Assembly (NCBI GenBank): GCA_002269645.1 | Contig: NIVC01000411.1 | Span: forward strand, 62,001-126,000 | Source of the DNA: Macrostomum lignano | Lineage: Eukaryota | Direction of reading: 5' to 3' | Length of the DNA stretch: 64,000 nucleotides | Shown: one piece after another, positions 19,322 through 33,199 of the stretch | Position numbering within the stretch: position 1 is the stretch's first letter | How the letters are laid out: every line of letters starts with the position of its first letter | The notes under the pieces: generated by a model | Told to the model about the DNA's origin: nothing | The model's input: only the letters and a program-made list of their open reading frames with translations | The model's database searches: none | Program-made: the position numbers and the translations under genes

Positions 19322-20880
19322 CAGCCTGCCCCAACCCCCTAGTCTGCCCCAACCCTCTAGCCTGCCCCAACCCCCTGGCCTGCCCCAACCCCCTGGCCTG
19401 CCCCAACCCCCTAGCCTGCCCCAACCCTCTAGCCTGCCCCAACCCCCTGGCCTGCCCCAACCCCCTGGCCTGCCCCAACCCCCTGGCCTGCCCCAACCCC
19501 CTAGCCTGCCTCAACCCCCTAGCCTGCCCCAACCCCCTGGCCTGCCCCAACCCCCTGGCCTGCCCCAACCCCCTAGCCTGCCCAACCCTCTAGCCTGCCC
19601 AACCCTCTAGCCTGCCCCAACCCCTAGCCTGCCCCAACCCCCTAGCCTGCCCCAACCCCCTAGCCTGCCTCAAACCCTAGCCTGCCCCAACCCCTAGCCT
19701 GCCCCAACCCTCTAGCCTGCCCCAACCCCCTGGCCTGCCCCAACCCCTGGCCTGCCCCAACCCCTGGCCTACCCCAACCCCCTAGCCTGCCTCAACCCCC
19801 TAGCCTGCCCCAACCCCCTAGCCTGCCCCAACCCCCTGGCCTGCCCCAACCCCCTGGCCTGCCCCAACCCCCTGGCCTACCCCAACCCCCTAGCCTGCCT
19901 CAACCCCCTAGCCTGCCCCAACCCCCTAGCCTGCCCCAAACCCCTGGCCTGCCCCAACCCCCTGGCCTGCCCCAACCCCCTAGCCTGCCCCAACCCCCTA
20001 GCCTGCCCCAGCCCCCTAGCCTGCCCCAACCCTCTAGCCTGCCCCAACCCTCTAGCCTGCCCCAACCCCCTAGCCTGCCCCAACCCCCTAGCCTGCCCCA
20101 GCCCCCTAGCCTGCCCCAACCCCCTAGCCTGCCTCAAACCCTAGCCTGCCCCAACCCCCTAGCCTGCCCCAACCCTCTAGCCTGCCTTAACCCCCTGGCC
20201 TACCCCAACCCCTAGCCTGCCCCAACCCCCTAGTCTGCCCCAACCCCCTAGCCTGCCCTAACCCCCTAGCCTGCCCCAACCCCCTAGCCTGCCCTAACCC
20301 CCTAGCCTGCCCCAACCCCCTAGCCTGCCTCAAACCCTAGCCTGCCCCAACCCCCTAGCCTGCCCCAACCCCCTAGCCTGCCCCAACCCCCTAGCCTGCC
20401 CCAACCCCTAGCTTGCCTCAAACCCTAGCCTGCCCCAACCCTCTAGCCTGCCCCAACCCCTGGCCTACCCCAACCCCCTAGCCTGCCCCAACCCCTAGCC
20501 TGCCTCAAACCCTAGCCTGCCCCAACCCTCTAGCCTGCCCCAACCCCCTGGCCTACCCCAACCCCCTAGCCTGCCCCAACCCCCTAGCCTGCCTCAAACC
20601 CTAGCCTGCCCCAACCCCCTAGCCTGCCTCAAACCCTAGCCTGCCCCAACCCCCTAGCCTGCCTCAAACCCTAGCCTGCCCCAACCCCCTAGCCTGCCTC
20701 AAACCCTAGCCTGCCCCAACCCCCTAACCTGCCTCAAACCCTAGCCTGCCCCAACCCCCTAGCCTGCCTCAAACCCTAGCCTGCCCCAACCCCCTAGCCT
20801 GCCTCAAACCCTAGCCTGCCCCAACCCCCTAGCCTGCCTCAAACCCTAGCCTGCCCCAACCCCCTAGCCTGCCCCAACCC
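19322..20880. repeat. About 18-bp C-rich minisatellite (CCCCAACCCCCTAGCCTG) upstream of the ANKRD42 ATG
   Basis: Seen directly. Confidence 0.97.
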
Positions 20881-21327
20881 CAAATATATGAGAAATGATA
20901 TGTAGAAACAAATAAAACACTTTATTCGACAGAAAAAAATCAAGTTTATTTCTTAGAATGCATCCCATTCAAATAGTCAATCAGAAAAATAGATTAAAAT
21001 AAAAGTTTCTTTTAGCTTTGTTTTTAATAAATTCTAAGAAAATAAATAATTCAAATTCTGGCTGAAGCAAAAAAGCTTGTTTTTGACAGTCGGAGAGCAC
21101 ACAGATGGCCAATGCTGTGCAGCTCTAATATTACTAAAGTAACAGAATTGGATACTATTGGACGGATTGGTAAGGCGGATGGGCACTTCTATACGAAACA
21201 TATAACCGAATGTGAGAAACTGCTTTTCTTAAAGTGATTTTTTCGAGTGAGGAATAACAGCAGATTCTTATATAACACCACAAAACGTGACTGTGACATT
21301 GATTAAACAGGAAATAAAAGATCGAGT

Positions 21328-22455
21328 TTGGGAGTAAAAGGTAGCTTCATCGGCTATAGGAGGCTGGGAGTAACAGGTAGCTTCATCGGCTATTGGAGGC
21401 TGGGAGTAGCATGTAGCTTCATCGGCTATTGGAGGCTGGGAGTAACATGTAGCTTCATCGGCTATAGGAGGCTGGGAGTAACAGGTAGCTTCATCGGCTA
21501 TTGGAGGCTGGGAGTAACATGTAGCTTCATCGGCTATAGGAGGCTGAGAGTAACATGTAGCTTCATCGGCTATAGGAGGCTGGGAGTAACAGGTAGCTTC
21601 ATCGGCTATTGGAGGCTGGGAGTAACATGTAGCTTCATCGGCTATAGGAGGCTGGGAGTAACATGTAGCTTCATCGGCTATAGGAGGCTGGGAGTAACAG
21701 GTAGCTTCATCGGCTATTGGAGGCTGGGAGTGACATGTAGCTTCATCGGCTATAGGAGGCTGGGAGTAACATGTAGCTTCATCGGCTATAGGAGGCTGGG
21801 AGTAACAGGTAGCTTCATCGGCTATAGGAGGCTGGGAGTAACATGTAGCTTCATCGGCTATAGGAGGCTGGGAGTAACATGTAGCTTCATCGGCTATAGG
21901 AGGCTGGGAGTAACAGGTAGCTTCATCGGCTATAGGAGGCTGGGAGTAACATGTAGCTTCATCGGCTATAGGAGGCTGGGAGTAACATGTAGCTTCATCG
22001 ACTATAGGAGGCTGGGAGTAACATGTAGCTTCATCGGCTATAGGAGGCTGGGAGTAACAGGTAGCTTCATCGCTAATGGAGGCTGGGAGTAACATGTAGC
22101 TTCATCGGCTATTGGAGGCTGGGAGTAACATGTAGCTCCATCGCTAATGGAGGCTGGGAGTAACAGGTAGCTTCATCGCTAATGGAAGCTGAGAGTAACA
22201 GGTAGCTTCATCGCTAATGGAAGCTGGGAGTAACAGGTAGCTTCATCGCTAATGGAGGCTGGGAGTAACATGTAGCTTCATCGCTAATGGAGGCTGGGAG
22301 TAACAGGTAGCTTCATCGGCTATAGGAGGCTGGGAGTAACAGGTAGCTTCATCGGCTATTGGAGGCTGGGAGTAACAGGTAGCTTCATCGCTAATGGAGG
22401 CTGGGAGTAACAAGTAGCTTCATCGCTAATGGAGGCTGGGAGTAACAGGTAGCTC
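21328..22455. repeat. 36-bp minisatellite (GGAGGCTGGGAGTAACAYGTAGCTTCATCGGCTAT[A/T])
   Basis: Seen directly; about 31 units. Confidence 0.97.
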
Positions 22456-23277
22456 CGCCGTCAATTAGTACGTACATGTACATTATACAAAAAGTTACTT
22501 AAAAAAGCAAATTTTAAATATAAAGATATTTCTACAGTAAGCGAGCAAATTGAATACAGCAAATTCGACCAAAAGGAACAATCGCAGTTGAATTTAGAAA
22601 CATAAATTAATAAAGAAAACTTTTTGTTGCTTTTTAACAGTCTAAATGAAGACTAAAAAATAAAAGTACGTACAATTTTTGTTCACTTTGGCGAGCCCAT
22701 AGTTTCTAGTGTTAAAACACAAAACTTCTAGGGCTTGGAAGACTTTCGATTTGTTATAACAAAAAAGTTCTAAAAAATATTCGATTAAATATCATTCTAG
22801 GAAAGAGAGAAATATCAGATTTTCAAATCAGTGTAGCAATTCGCAGAGGTGCCATAAAAGTACACAATAAAACTTGATAGTTGAGCAGCCAGTCAGTAAA
22901 TAATATTATAAATCAATAGGCTAAACATTACTCTAATTCGATAGAATATTTTTGGTCCAAATAACGACACAATCTCACTGCCTGAAAGCACCATTAATTA
23001 TCATTTGAAAAAAATGAAAATATAGTTTGTTATAATCGTTGACAATCGTTGAATAGAGGAAGCACACATAATCAATAGAATTTTAGTTTATCAGAAAATT
23101 TAATAGTGTTAAATGTTGCTCAGATTTGGCGCGAAGAATTCGAAAAAATAGTTTTAAGATGGCCGCTGTGCTCAGTGAGCTTGAATTAATTGTCCTTTTT
23201 AATCCTGTCGCCAGATTTATTTACACTGAGCGCTGCGCATTTAGAAACAACTGGCTTACCTCCCCTATCTAGATAGT

Positions 23278-25731
23278 CTACTCGACGTCACCTCCGGGTA
23301 CGTCAACAGCGCTCGGCGTCGGAGCGGGGCCCAGCGGATCGCCACCGCCTCCGCGCTGTTCTGAGCCGCTGCGGGCTGAAACCGGCCTGGCGCGGCTCGA
23401 GTGCGGCCGCTGCTGCTGCTGCTGCCCGCTAGTCGACGGTCTCTGACCGCTGGCGTCGCCGCTGGTGCCGCTGCCACGGCTGGCGGAGCTCTTCGCCCCG
23501 GACACTGGCGGCAGCTTTGTCGGCGGCTCGTCGGAGGCTCGAACCTCAGTGAAGAATCGATCGATCCGTCCCTTGTAGATGTGGCCGTCCATGCCCTGGA
23601 TTTCCGTCTCCTCGCGGTTCGGAGGCGCTGCGGCCGCCGCTGCGCCCCTAGTCGGGCTGTGGTAGTCCTCCTCCGGCACTGCGGCCGTGCGGGTGACCCT
23701 CTTGCTGGGATAAGTGAGGGTATGAGACCCACCCGCAGCCCGCGGAGTGTAGTAGGCATCCAGCATCTCTCCAGCGTTAACGCTCTTGGCGTGCTGCCTG
23801 ATGGAGTCCAGCTCGAAGGTGGTGTACGGCCGCATCGACTTCGTGACGCTGAGTGCTGGCTTCTCCGGCAGCGACGGCGCTGGCGGGTGGGCGCCCATCT
23901 CCAGCGGCCGGTCGCAGGAGATGCAGTGGAAATGCTGCAGCAGCTGCCGCCTGAGCCCGGCCGCGTCGTCCTCGTTGATGTCGGCGACCCCGGCGCCGCC
24001 GCCGCTCTTGATCTTGGCGGCGAGGGCTTTCAGCCGCTTCTCCAGCCAGTCCTTCAGCGCGTCCATCTCCAACCGGTCGAGTTTGCCGTCCAGATCGGCG
24101 CCGAGCAGCTTCAACAGTCGGCGAAGATCGTCCTCGGTTGCCATCAGCTTCTGCAGCAGTTCGTCAATCTGTGAGTTCAAGTTTCCAGTTGTCTCGTCGA
24201 ACAGGCTGAAGTTGACCTTGGTGTCCAGCTGGATTTTGTCCGCCTTGGACTCCAACTGCTGGTCAAGGTAGTCCTTGTCGGCTTTCACTTCGTCCAGGTG
24301 AGCAGTGATTCGGAACAGCTCTTGCAGCTTCTCTCCGACATCTTTGCCGCCCTGCGCCAGGGCCTCTAAGACGGTGTTGATTCTCTCGAGCTCCTTCTGC
24401 TGGTCGCTGAGCGCCTTTCGGATCCGGTTGAGGGCCTCCACGTCGCGGTCGCGGCTCTGGCGCATGTTGTCAACCAAGGAGCGAAGATCGTTCAGCTGTT
24501 TGAGCAAGTCGTCGGGCAGTTTCAGGTTCTCCAGATCCTTCTTGTCAGCCTTGTTTGGCATCTCGTGCTCGAGCTTGTCGACGCGAACCTCCAGACTCTC
24601 GTGCCGATTGGTGAGCTTGCCGAGGCTCTCGAGCATCTCGCGCAGCGCCTCGCTCGGCCCGGGGCTCTGAGGCCGCGACATCGGGTCGGTGGACATGTTG
24701 ACAACAACTCGCTCTGGCGGGTTGGCCATCCGAGCCATGTCCTCACGGATGCCGCGCAGCGCCTTCTCCAGCGACTCCCAGGTGACGAAGTCCTTGAACA
24801 TCTCCTTTGTCGGCAGATTCTGCATGCTGTCGCGGAGTTCGCTGAGCTGCGACTCAAGCTGAGCCAGCCGCTCCCACACCGACTTCATCGAGGACAGGTC
24901 CTTCATCTCCGAGCGCAGGTTCTCGTTTTCTTTGCGCAGACGGCCCATCTCCTTCATCAACTCGTCAACCAGCGACGAGAGCCTGGCAACGCCCTCTTCA
25001 TTAGCGTCCGTGCGGCGCCTCATCTGCACCATCTGAAACATGTCCGCGGTGGCTCGGCCATCCGACTTGCCTTTGCTACCGAACACCTGGTCAAAGACGT
25101 CCTTGCCGCTCGGCAGGCTGTTCAAAGCGTCCAGCTGCGTCTCCACGTTGGACAGACGGTCGAGCAGCTGCTCTGAGTTCAGGCCTCCGCCTGAGAATGA
25201 GATCAACGTTGAGATCGAGGGAGTTCGTGGAATCGATTTTGCTTTAGTTTAGGTTTGAGAAACACGAGCTAGAAAGGGATGATTTTGAAAAACTTTGAAA
25301 TTCCGCAATCACGGAGCTTCAAACAAACGTTGAGCTTCAGAAACGGTATTTTGAGCTGCTTGCTCAGGAAAAGTTGCGACATACTTGTAAAGACAAAACA
25401 TGTGGTATATAAAAGCTGATTTACCTGCACCGCCGCTGCCGAAAGTGCCGTCGCGCGGTAGGCCGCTGTCGGTGGTCACAACCGACTCGGTGCCGTCGAG
25501 ATCGCGCCGGCTTTTAGCCGACTTCTGACCGCCGACTTGTACCGGCTGACCAGCAGCCTCCGATTGTGGCCTCATCAGTCGGTCGGTGCTGACGCTGGGA
25601 TCGTTCAGCTTCTCCACGATTGCGTGCAAAAGGCCGTGCAGCAGATTGAAGTTCACAGCTCCCTGCTCTGGCGAGCCGACCGCCATGTCCACAAGTTTTG
25701 ACAGGTTCACCACCTCAGCCTGTGCTGCCAT
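23278..25731 (-). CDS. QRICH2/C16orf96-like coiled-coil protein (DUF4795 family), 2 exons, about 739 aa
   Basis: Exons 25731-25425 and 25190-23278 with a phase-1 GT-AG intron. N-terminal GSPEQGAVNFNLLHGLLHAIV. C-terminal KADK..LESKADK...KLDRLE...DDAAGLRRQLLQHFHCISCDRPLE...RPYTTFELD..RQH...GGSHTLTYP...IQGMDGHIYKGR matches the QRICH2-type conserved C-terminal region. Confidence 0.88.
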
Positions 25732-26184
25732 GGTGACAAAGAAACTTTATTTGAAAGTTTTTAACCTCTTTGAATTAGTGTGCTCAGTGAATGGCGTCCT
25801 CTGGTTGTAGCTCAGTGAAGAGCATACATGCAATTCAATTAATATGGTGATTGCAGGTAACTCCTTAAGCAGTAAAGCTAGGCTATGTAGAAAACAAATA
25901 TTGTTCTTTTGTGTTCATAGCGCTTATCATTACATGTGCTACATCTAAAAATTGTTTGCAATTGAAACAAATATTTCAATTCTACCATCTAAATCACTTA
26001 AAAATCCTCAATCAAACAGCTGTTAAAAAGGTGAAATCAAGCGGAGTATTTTTAGCAAAATTTTCTGGCTATTCCTATGCGTTAAAAAATTATAAACGAA
26101 GTTACTAATAGGTTTACATATTGCTTCTTGGTATTTTAAAATAAATTTCAGGTTAGAATATAGATACCTTCACAATATACTAAA

Positions 26185-29100
26185 TCCTATATACTAAAAA
26201 TGAGTTGTCTGTATGTGGGTAGGTATGCGATAGATTTCAGAAAAAATGGCTCAACCGATTTTCTTCAAACTTGCACCATTCGATCAGAAATTTTCCTGGG
26301 ACGGTACATGCATCTTGGCTAAGAAATTGCTCAATATTAAAGGGATTAAATATTCGAAAAACATGCTTTTTTGCAAAGGTCAAGCAGCTCTTTCGACCTG
26401 AAATGCATTGTAAGAATGCTAGAGAAAAAACTGACTGACTGAATTCCAATTGTGATAAAGATTACATCACAACCAGTTGAAAACAGTGCCGAAGAAATGC
26501 ACACAAAACTTGATTGAAATTGCGTAACTAATATTGCTAACTTTAATTAAGACTGATACTGGCTGACTGAGAAATTGATTATGTCATAACTTTTTACTCT
26601 AACCGATTTGCTATAAGAATTTAATTATAAGGGCCACAATTCAAGTTCTCCAATTGACAAGAGATAGCATGGATGCGAACAGACTGGACTGCTAATGCAG
26701 CGACCTGGATTCGAATCTTAGTAGTGCAAAAAGATTTTTTTATTCAAAAACCTTAAAACAGAAAATGCTAAAAAAATGCACAATGTCAAACATTAAAGAG
26801 CCACCATGTCGAACATTAAAGAGCCACCAAGTCAAACATAAAAGAGCCACCATGTCAAACATAAAAGAGCCACAATGTCAAACATTAAAGAGTCACCATG
26901 TTAAACATATATGTGACTCCATGTCAAACAGTAAAGAGCCACCATGTCAAGCATAAAAGAGCCACCATGTCGAACATTAAAGAGCCACCATGTCTAACAT
27001 TATAGAGCCATAATGTCAAACATTAAAGAGCCACCATGTCGAAAATTAAAGAGCCACCATGTTCAACATATATGTGACTCCATGTCAAACATAAAAGAGC
27101 CACAATGTCTAACATTAAAGTGCTACCATGTCAAACATAGAAGAGCCACCATGTCTAACATTGTAAAGCCACCATGTCTAACAATAACGAGTCACCATGT
27201 CACGTATATTCGTGACTCCATGTCAAACATAAAAGAGCCACCATGTCAAACATATATGTGACTCCATGTCAAACAGTAAAGAGCCACTTTGTCAAGCATA
27301 AAAGAGCCACCATGTCGAACATAAAAGAACCACCATGTCAAACATAAAAGAGCCACTATGTCAAACAATAAACAGACACCGTGTCAGACATTAAAAAAAC
27401 CCGAATCAAACATAAGAGAGCCACCATGTAGAACATAAAAAAGCCACCATGTCAAACATATATGTGACTCCATGTCAAACAGTAAAGAGCCAACATCTCA
27501 AGCATACAAGAGCCACCATGTCGAACATAAAAGAACCACCATGTCGAACATAAAAGAGCCACCATGTCAAACATTAAAGAGCCGCAATGTCAAACATTAA
27601 AGAGCCATCATGTCTAACATTAAAGAGCCACCATGTCTAACATTAAAGAGCCACCATGTCTAACATTAAAGAGCCACCATGTCAAACATAGAAGAGCCAC
27701 CATGTCTAACATTAAAGAGCCACCATGTCACGTATATTCGTAACTCCATGTCAAACATAAAAGAGCTACCATGAAGAACATTAAAGAGCCACCACGTAAA
27801 ACATTAAAGAGCCACCATGTCAAACATAAAAGAGCCGCCATGTCCAACATTAAAGTGCTACCATGTCAAACATAGAAGAGCCACCATGTCTAACATTAAA
27901 GAGCCACCATGTCAAACATAAAAGAGCCACCATGTCAAACATATATGTGACTCCATGTCAAACAGTAAAGAGCCACTTTGTCAAGCATAAAAGAGCCACC
28001 ATGTCGAACATAAAAGAACCACCATGTCAAACATAAAAGAGCCACTATGTCAAACAATAAACAGACACCGTGTCAGACATTAAAAAAACCCGAATCAAAC
28101 ATAAGAGAGCCACCATGTAGAACATAAAAAAGCCACCATGTCAAACATATATGTGACTCCATGTCAAACAGTAAAGAGCCACCATGTCAAGCATAAAAGT
28201 GCCACCATGTCGAACATAAAAGAGCCACCATGTCAAACATTAAAGAGCCATAATGTCAAACATTAAAGAGCCACCATATCGAACATTAAAGAGCCACCAT
28301 GTCCAACATATATTTGACTCCATGTCAAACATAAAAGAGCCACCATGTCTAACATTAAAGTGCTACCATGTCAAACATAGAAGAGCCACCATGTCGAACA
28401 TTAAAGAGCCACCATGTCTAACATTATAGAGCCACCATGTCGAACAATAACGAGTCACCATGTCAAGTATATTCGTGACTCCATGTCAAACATAAAAGAG
28501 CTACAATGAAGAACATTAAAGAGCTACCATGTCAAACATAAAAGAGCCACCATGTCGAACACTAAAGAGCCACCATGTCTAACATTATAGAGCCACCATG
28601 TCGAAGAATAACGAGTCACCATGTCAAGTATATTCGTGACTCCATGTCAAACATAAAAGAGCTACCATGTCAAACATAAAAGAGCCACCATGTCAAACAT
28701 AAAAGAGCCACCATGTCAAACATATATGTGACTCCATGTCAAACAGTAAAGAGCCAACATCTCAAGCATAAAAGAGCCACCATGTCGAACATAAAAGAAC
28801 CACCATGTCGAACATAAAAGAGCCGCAATGTCAAACATTAAAGAGCCATCATGTCTAACATTAAAGAGCCACCATGTCTAACATTAAAGAGCCACCATGT
28901 CTAACATTAAAGAGCCACCATGTCGAACATTAAAGAGCCACCATGTCTAACATTAAAGAGCCACCATGTCACGTATATTCGTAACTCCATGTCAAACATA
29001 AAAGAGCTACCATGAAGAACATTAAAGAGCCACCACGTAAAACATTAAAGAGCCACCATGTCAAACATAAAAGAGCCGCCATGTCCAACATTAAAGTGCT

Positions 29101-30705
29101 ACCATGTCAAACATAGAAGAGCCACCATGTCAAACATTAAAGAGCCACCATGTCTAACATTATAGAGCCACCATGTCGAACAAAAACGAGTCACCATGTC
29201 AAGTATATTCGTGACTCCATGTCAAACATAAAGAGCTACAATGAAGAACATTAAAGAGATACCATGTCAAACATAAAAGAGCCATCATGTCAAACATGAA
29301 AGAGCCACCATGTCAAACATAAAAGAGCCACCATGTCAAACATTAAAGAGCCACCATGTTGAACATTAAAGAGCCACCATGTCGAACATTAAAGAGCCAC
29401 CATGTCGAACATTAAAGAGCCACCATGTCTAACATTAAAGAGCCACCATGTCGAACATTAGAGCCACCATGTCTAACATTATAGAGCCACCATGTCGAAC
29501 ATTAGAGCCACAATGTCTAACATTATAGAGCCACCATGTCCAACATTAAAGAGCCACCATTTCAAACATTAAAGAGCCATCATTACATTAAGGTGCCACC
29601 AGGTCAAACAATAAAGAGCCACCATGTAGAACATAAAAGAGCCACCATGTCAAACATTAAAGAGCCACCATGTCAAACATAAAAGAGCCACCTTGTCAAA
29701 CATTATAGAGCAACCATGTCCAACATTAAAGAGCCACCATGTTGAACATTAAAGAGCCACCATGTCGAACATTAAAAAGCCATTATGTCTAACATTAAAG
29801 AGCCCCATGGCTAACATTAAAGAGCCACCATGTCTAACATTATAGAGCCACCATGTCCAACATTAAAGAGCCACCATTTCAAACATTAAAGAGCCATCAT
29901 TACATTAAGGTGCCACCAGGTCAAACAATAAAGAGCCACCATGTAGAACATAAAAGAGCCACCATGTCAAACATTAAAGAGCCACCATGTCAAACATAAA
30001 AGAGCCACCTTGTCAAACATTATAGAGCAACCATGTCCAACATTAAAGAGCCACCATGTTGAACATTAAAGAGCCACCATGTCGAACATTAAAAAGCCAT
30101 TATGTCTAACATTAAAGAGCCCCATGGCTAACATTAAAGAGCCACCATGTCTAACATTATAGAGCCACCATGTCCAACATTAAAGAGCCACCATTTCAAA
30201 CATTAAAGAGCCATCATTACATTAAGGTGCCACCAGGTCAAACAATAAAGAGCCACCATGTAGAACATAAAAGAGCCACCATGTCAAACATTAAAGAGCC
30301 ACCATGTCAAACATAAAATTTACACAATTTAAAACGTAAAAGTAAGCGTCATGCTAATTTTAAAGGAGCCACTATAGAGCTAAGGAAATTGTAGCACTAG
30401 CTACTTATTATATGGTGGATGCTTACTATTTGGGGATGCTTGCTATCTGGGGGATGCTTGCTATCCGGGAGGGGGGATGCTTCCTATCTGGGGGATGCTT
30501 GCTATCTGAGGGATGCTTGCAATCTGGGGGATGCTTGCTATCTGGGGGATGCTTGCTGTCTTGGGATGATTTCTTTTTGCATTACACTTTATTTGAGCAG
30601 TTTGTCTGTCGTCTTTGTGGAGTCTTTATTTGGCTGTCTTTTTGTTACTTGTAGAGAACAGAGATTCTATCCAGATGTCCCCCAACGGGGGGCGAAGATT
30701 GCTAG
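26185..30705 (+). mobile_element. Non-autonomous Helitron, copy 1, with internal 23-bp satellite
   Basis: 5' end TCCTATATACTAAAAATGAG follows an A. GC hairpin CCCCC-AAC-GGGGG at 30679-30692, then AGATTGCTAG 3' end. No RepHel ORF. Confidence 0.8.
26765..30320. repeat. 23-bp satellite (ATGTCAAACATWAAAGAGCCACC), array 1
   Basis: Seen directly. Confidence 0.95.
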
Positions 30706-31289
30706 TCCATATACTAAAAATGAGTTGTTTGTTTGTACGCAATCGATTATCTCCCAAATGGCTGAACCGATTTTGTTCGAATTTGCACTGTTCGATCAGA
30801 AATTTTCCCGGGACGGTACATGCATCTTGGCTAAGAAATTGCTCGATGCTAAAGGGATTAAATATTCGAAAAACATGCTTTTTTGCAAAGGTCAAGCAGC
30901 TCTTTCGACCTGAAATGCATTGTAAGAATGCTAGAGAAAAAACTGACTGACTGAATTCCGATTGTGATAAAGATTGCATCACAACAAGTTGAAAACAGTG
31001 CCGAACAAATGCACACAAAACTTGAATGAAATTGCGTAACCATATTGCCAACTTAAATTGAGACTGATTCTGGCTGACTGAGAAATTGATTATGTCATAA
31101 TTTTTTACTCCAATTGACTTGCTGTAAGAATTGAATTATAAGGGCCACAATTCATGTTCTCCAATTGAAAAGAGATAGCCAAGATGCGAACAGACTGGAC
31201 TGCTACTGTAGCGACCTGGGTTCGAATCTTAGTAGTGCAAAAAAGATTTTTTTTATTAAAACACCTAAAAAACACAAAACTACTAAACA

Positions 31290-32850
31290 TAAAAGAAGCG
31301 CAATGTGAAACATAGAAGAGCCACCATGTCGAACATTAAAGAGCCACCATGTCGAACATAAAAGAGCCAACATGTCAAACATAAAGAGCCACCATGTCAA
31401 ACATTTAAGAGCCACCATGTCGAACATTAAAGAGCCACCATGTCGAACATAAAAGAGCCAACATGTCAAACATAAAGAGCCACCATGTCAAACATTTAAG
31501 AGCCACCATGTAAAACATTAAAGAGCCACCATGTCAAACATAAAAGAGCCAACATGTCAAACATAAAGAGCCACCATGTCAAACATTTAAGAGCCACCAT
31601 GTAAAACATTAAAGAGCCACCATGTCAAACATAAAAGAGCCAACATGTCAAACATAAAGAGCCACCATGTCAAACATTTAGGAGCCACCATGTAAAACAT
31701 TAAAGAGCCACCATGTCAAACATTTAAGAGCCACCATTTGAAACATTAAAGAGTCACCATGTCAAACATTTAAGAGCCACCATGTCAAACATTTAGGAGC
31801 CACCATGTCAAACATAAAAGAGCCACCATGTCAAACATAAAAGAGCCAACATGTCAAACATAAAGAGCCACCATGTCAAACATATATGTGACTTTGTGTC
31901 AAACATTAAAGAGCCACCATTTCGAACATTAAAGAGCCACCATGTCAAACATGAAAGAGCTATAACATGAAGAATATTAAAGAGCCACCATGTCGAACAT
32001 TAAAGAGCCACCATGTCAAACATGAAAGAGCTATAACATGAAGAATATTAAAGAGCCACCATGTCGAACATTTAAGAGTCACCATGTTAAACCTAAAAGA
32101 GCCACCATGTTAAACCTAAAAGAGCCACCATGTCGAACACTTAAGAGCCACAATGTAAAATATTAAAGAGCCACCATTTCGAACATATAAGTGACTTTAT
32201 GTCAAACATTAAAGAGCCACCATGTCAAACATTAAAGAGCCACCATGTCAAACATTTAAGAGCCACCATGTTAAACATTAAAGAGCCACAATGTAGAATA
32301 TTAAAGAGCTACCATGTCAAACATTTAAGAGCCACCATGTCAAACATTTAAGAGCCACCATGTCAAACATTTAAGAGCCACCATGTCAAACCTAAAAGAG
32401 CCACCATGTCGAACATAAAAGAGCTATACCATGAAAAACATTAAAGAGCCACTTTCTCGAACATTAAAGAGCCACCATGTCAAACATTTAAGAGCCACCA
32501 TGTCAATTATATATGTGTCTTTATGTCAAACATTAAAGAGCCACCATTTCGAACATTAAGGAGCCACCATGTCAAACATTTAAAAGCCACCTTGTCAAAC
32601 ATTAAATAGCCACTTTGTCGAACATTAAAGAGCCACTGTGTCAAACATAAAAGAGCCACTGTTTCAAACAAGAGCCACCAGGTTAAACATTAAAGAGCCA
32701 CCATGTCAAACAATAAAGAGGCACCATGTCAAACATAAAAGAGCCACCATGTAAAACATAAAAGAGCCACCATGTCTGACATTAAAAAGCCATCGTTTCA
32801 AACATAAAACAGTTGCCATGTAGAACATAAAACAGGCACCATGTCAAACA
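31290..32850. repeat. 23-bp satellite, array 2
   Basis: Same unit as 26765-30320. Confidence 0.95.
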
Positions 32851-33199
32851 TAAAATTTACACAATTTCAAACATAAAAGTAAGCGAATTTTAAAGGAGCC
32901 ACTATAATGCTAAGGAAATTGTCGCACTAGCTACTTATTGTCTGGTGGAGCTATGCTATTTGGGGATGCTATCTATGTAGGGGATGCTTGCTATCTGGCG
33001 GATGCTTGCTATCTGGGGGATGCTTGCTGTCTTGGGATGTAAGAATTGAGTTATAAGGACAGCAATTCATGTTCTCCAATTGAAAAGAGATAGCCTAGAT
33101 GCGAACAGACTGGACTGCTAATGTAGCGACCTGGGTTCCAATATTAGTAGTGCAAAAAGATTTTTTTATTAAAACACCTTAAAAACCAAAAATGTTACA

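Noticed and set aside
23401-25252. Plus-strand ORFs of 120-260 aa opposite the QRICH2-like gene; similar shadows over NUFIP1, CLPB and the lectin gene
   Set aside because: They are antisense shadow ORFs of GC-rich coding exons with no recognisable motifs.
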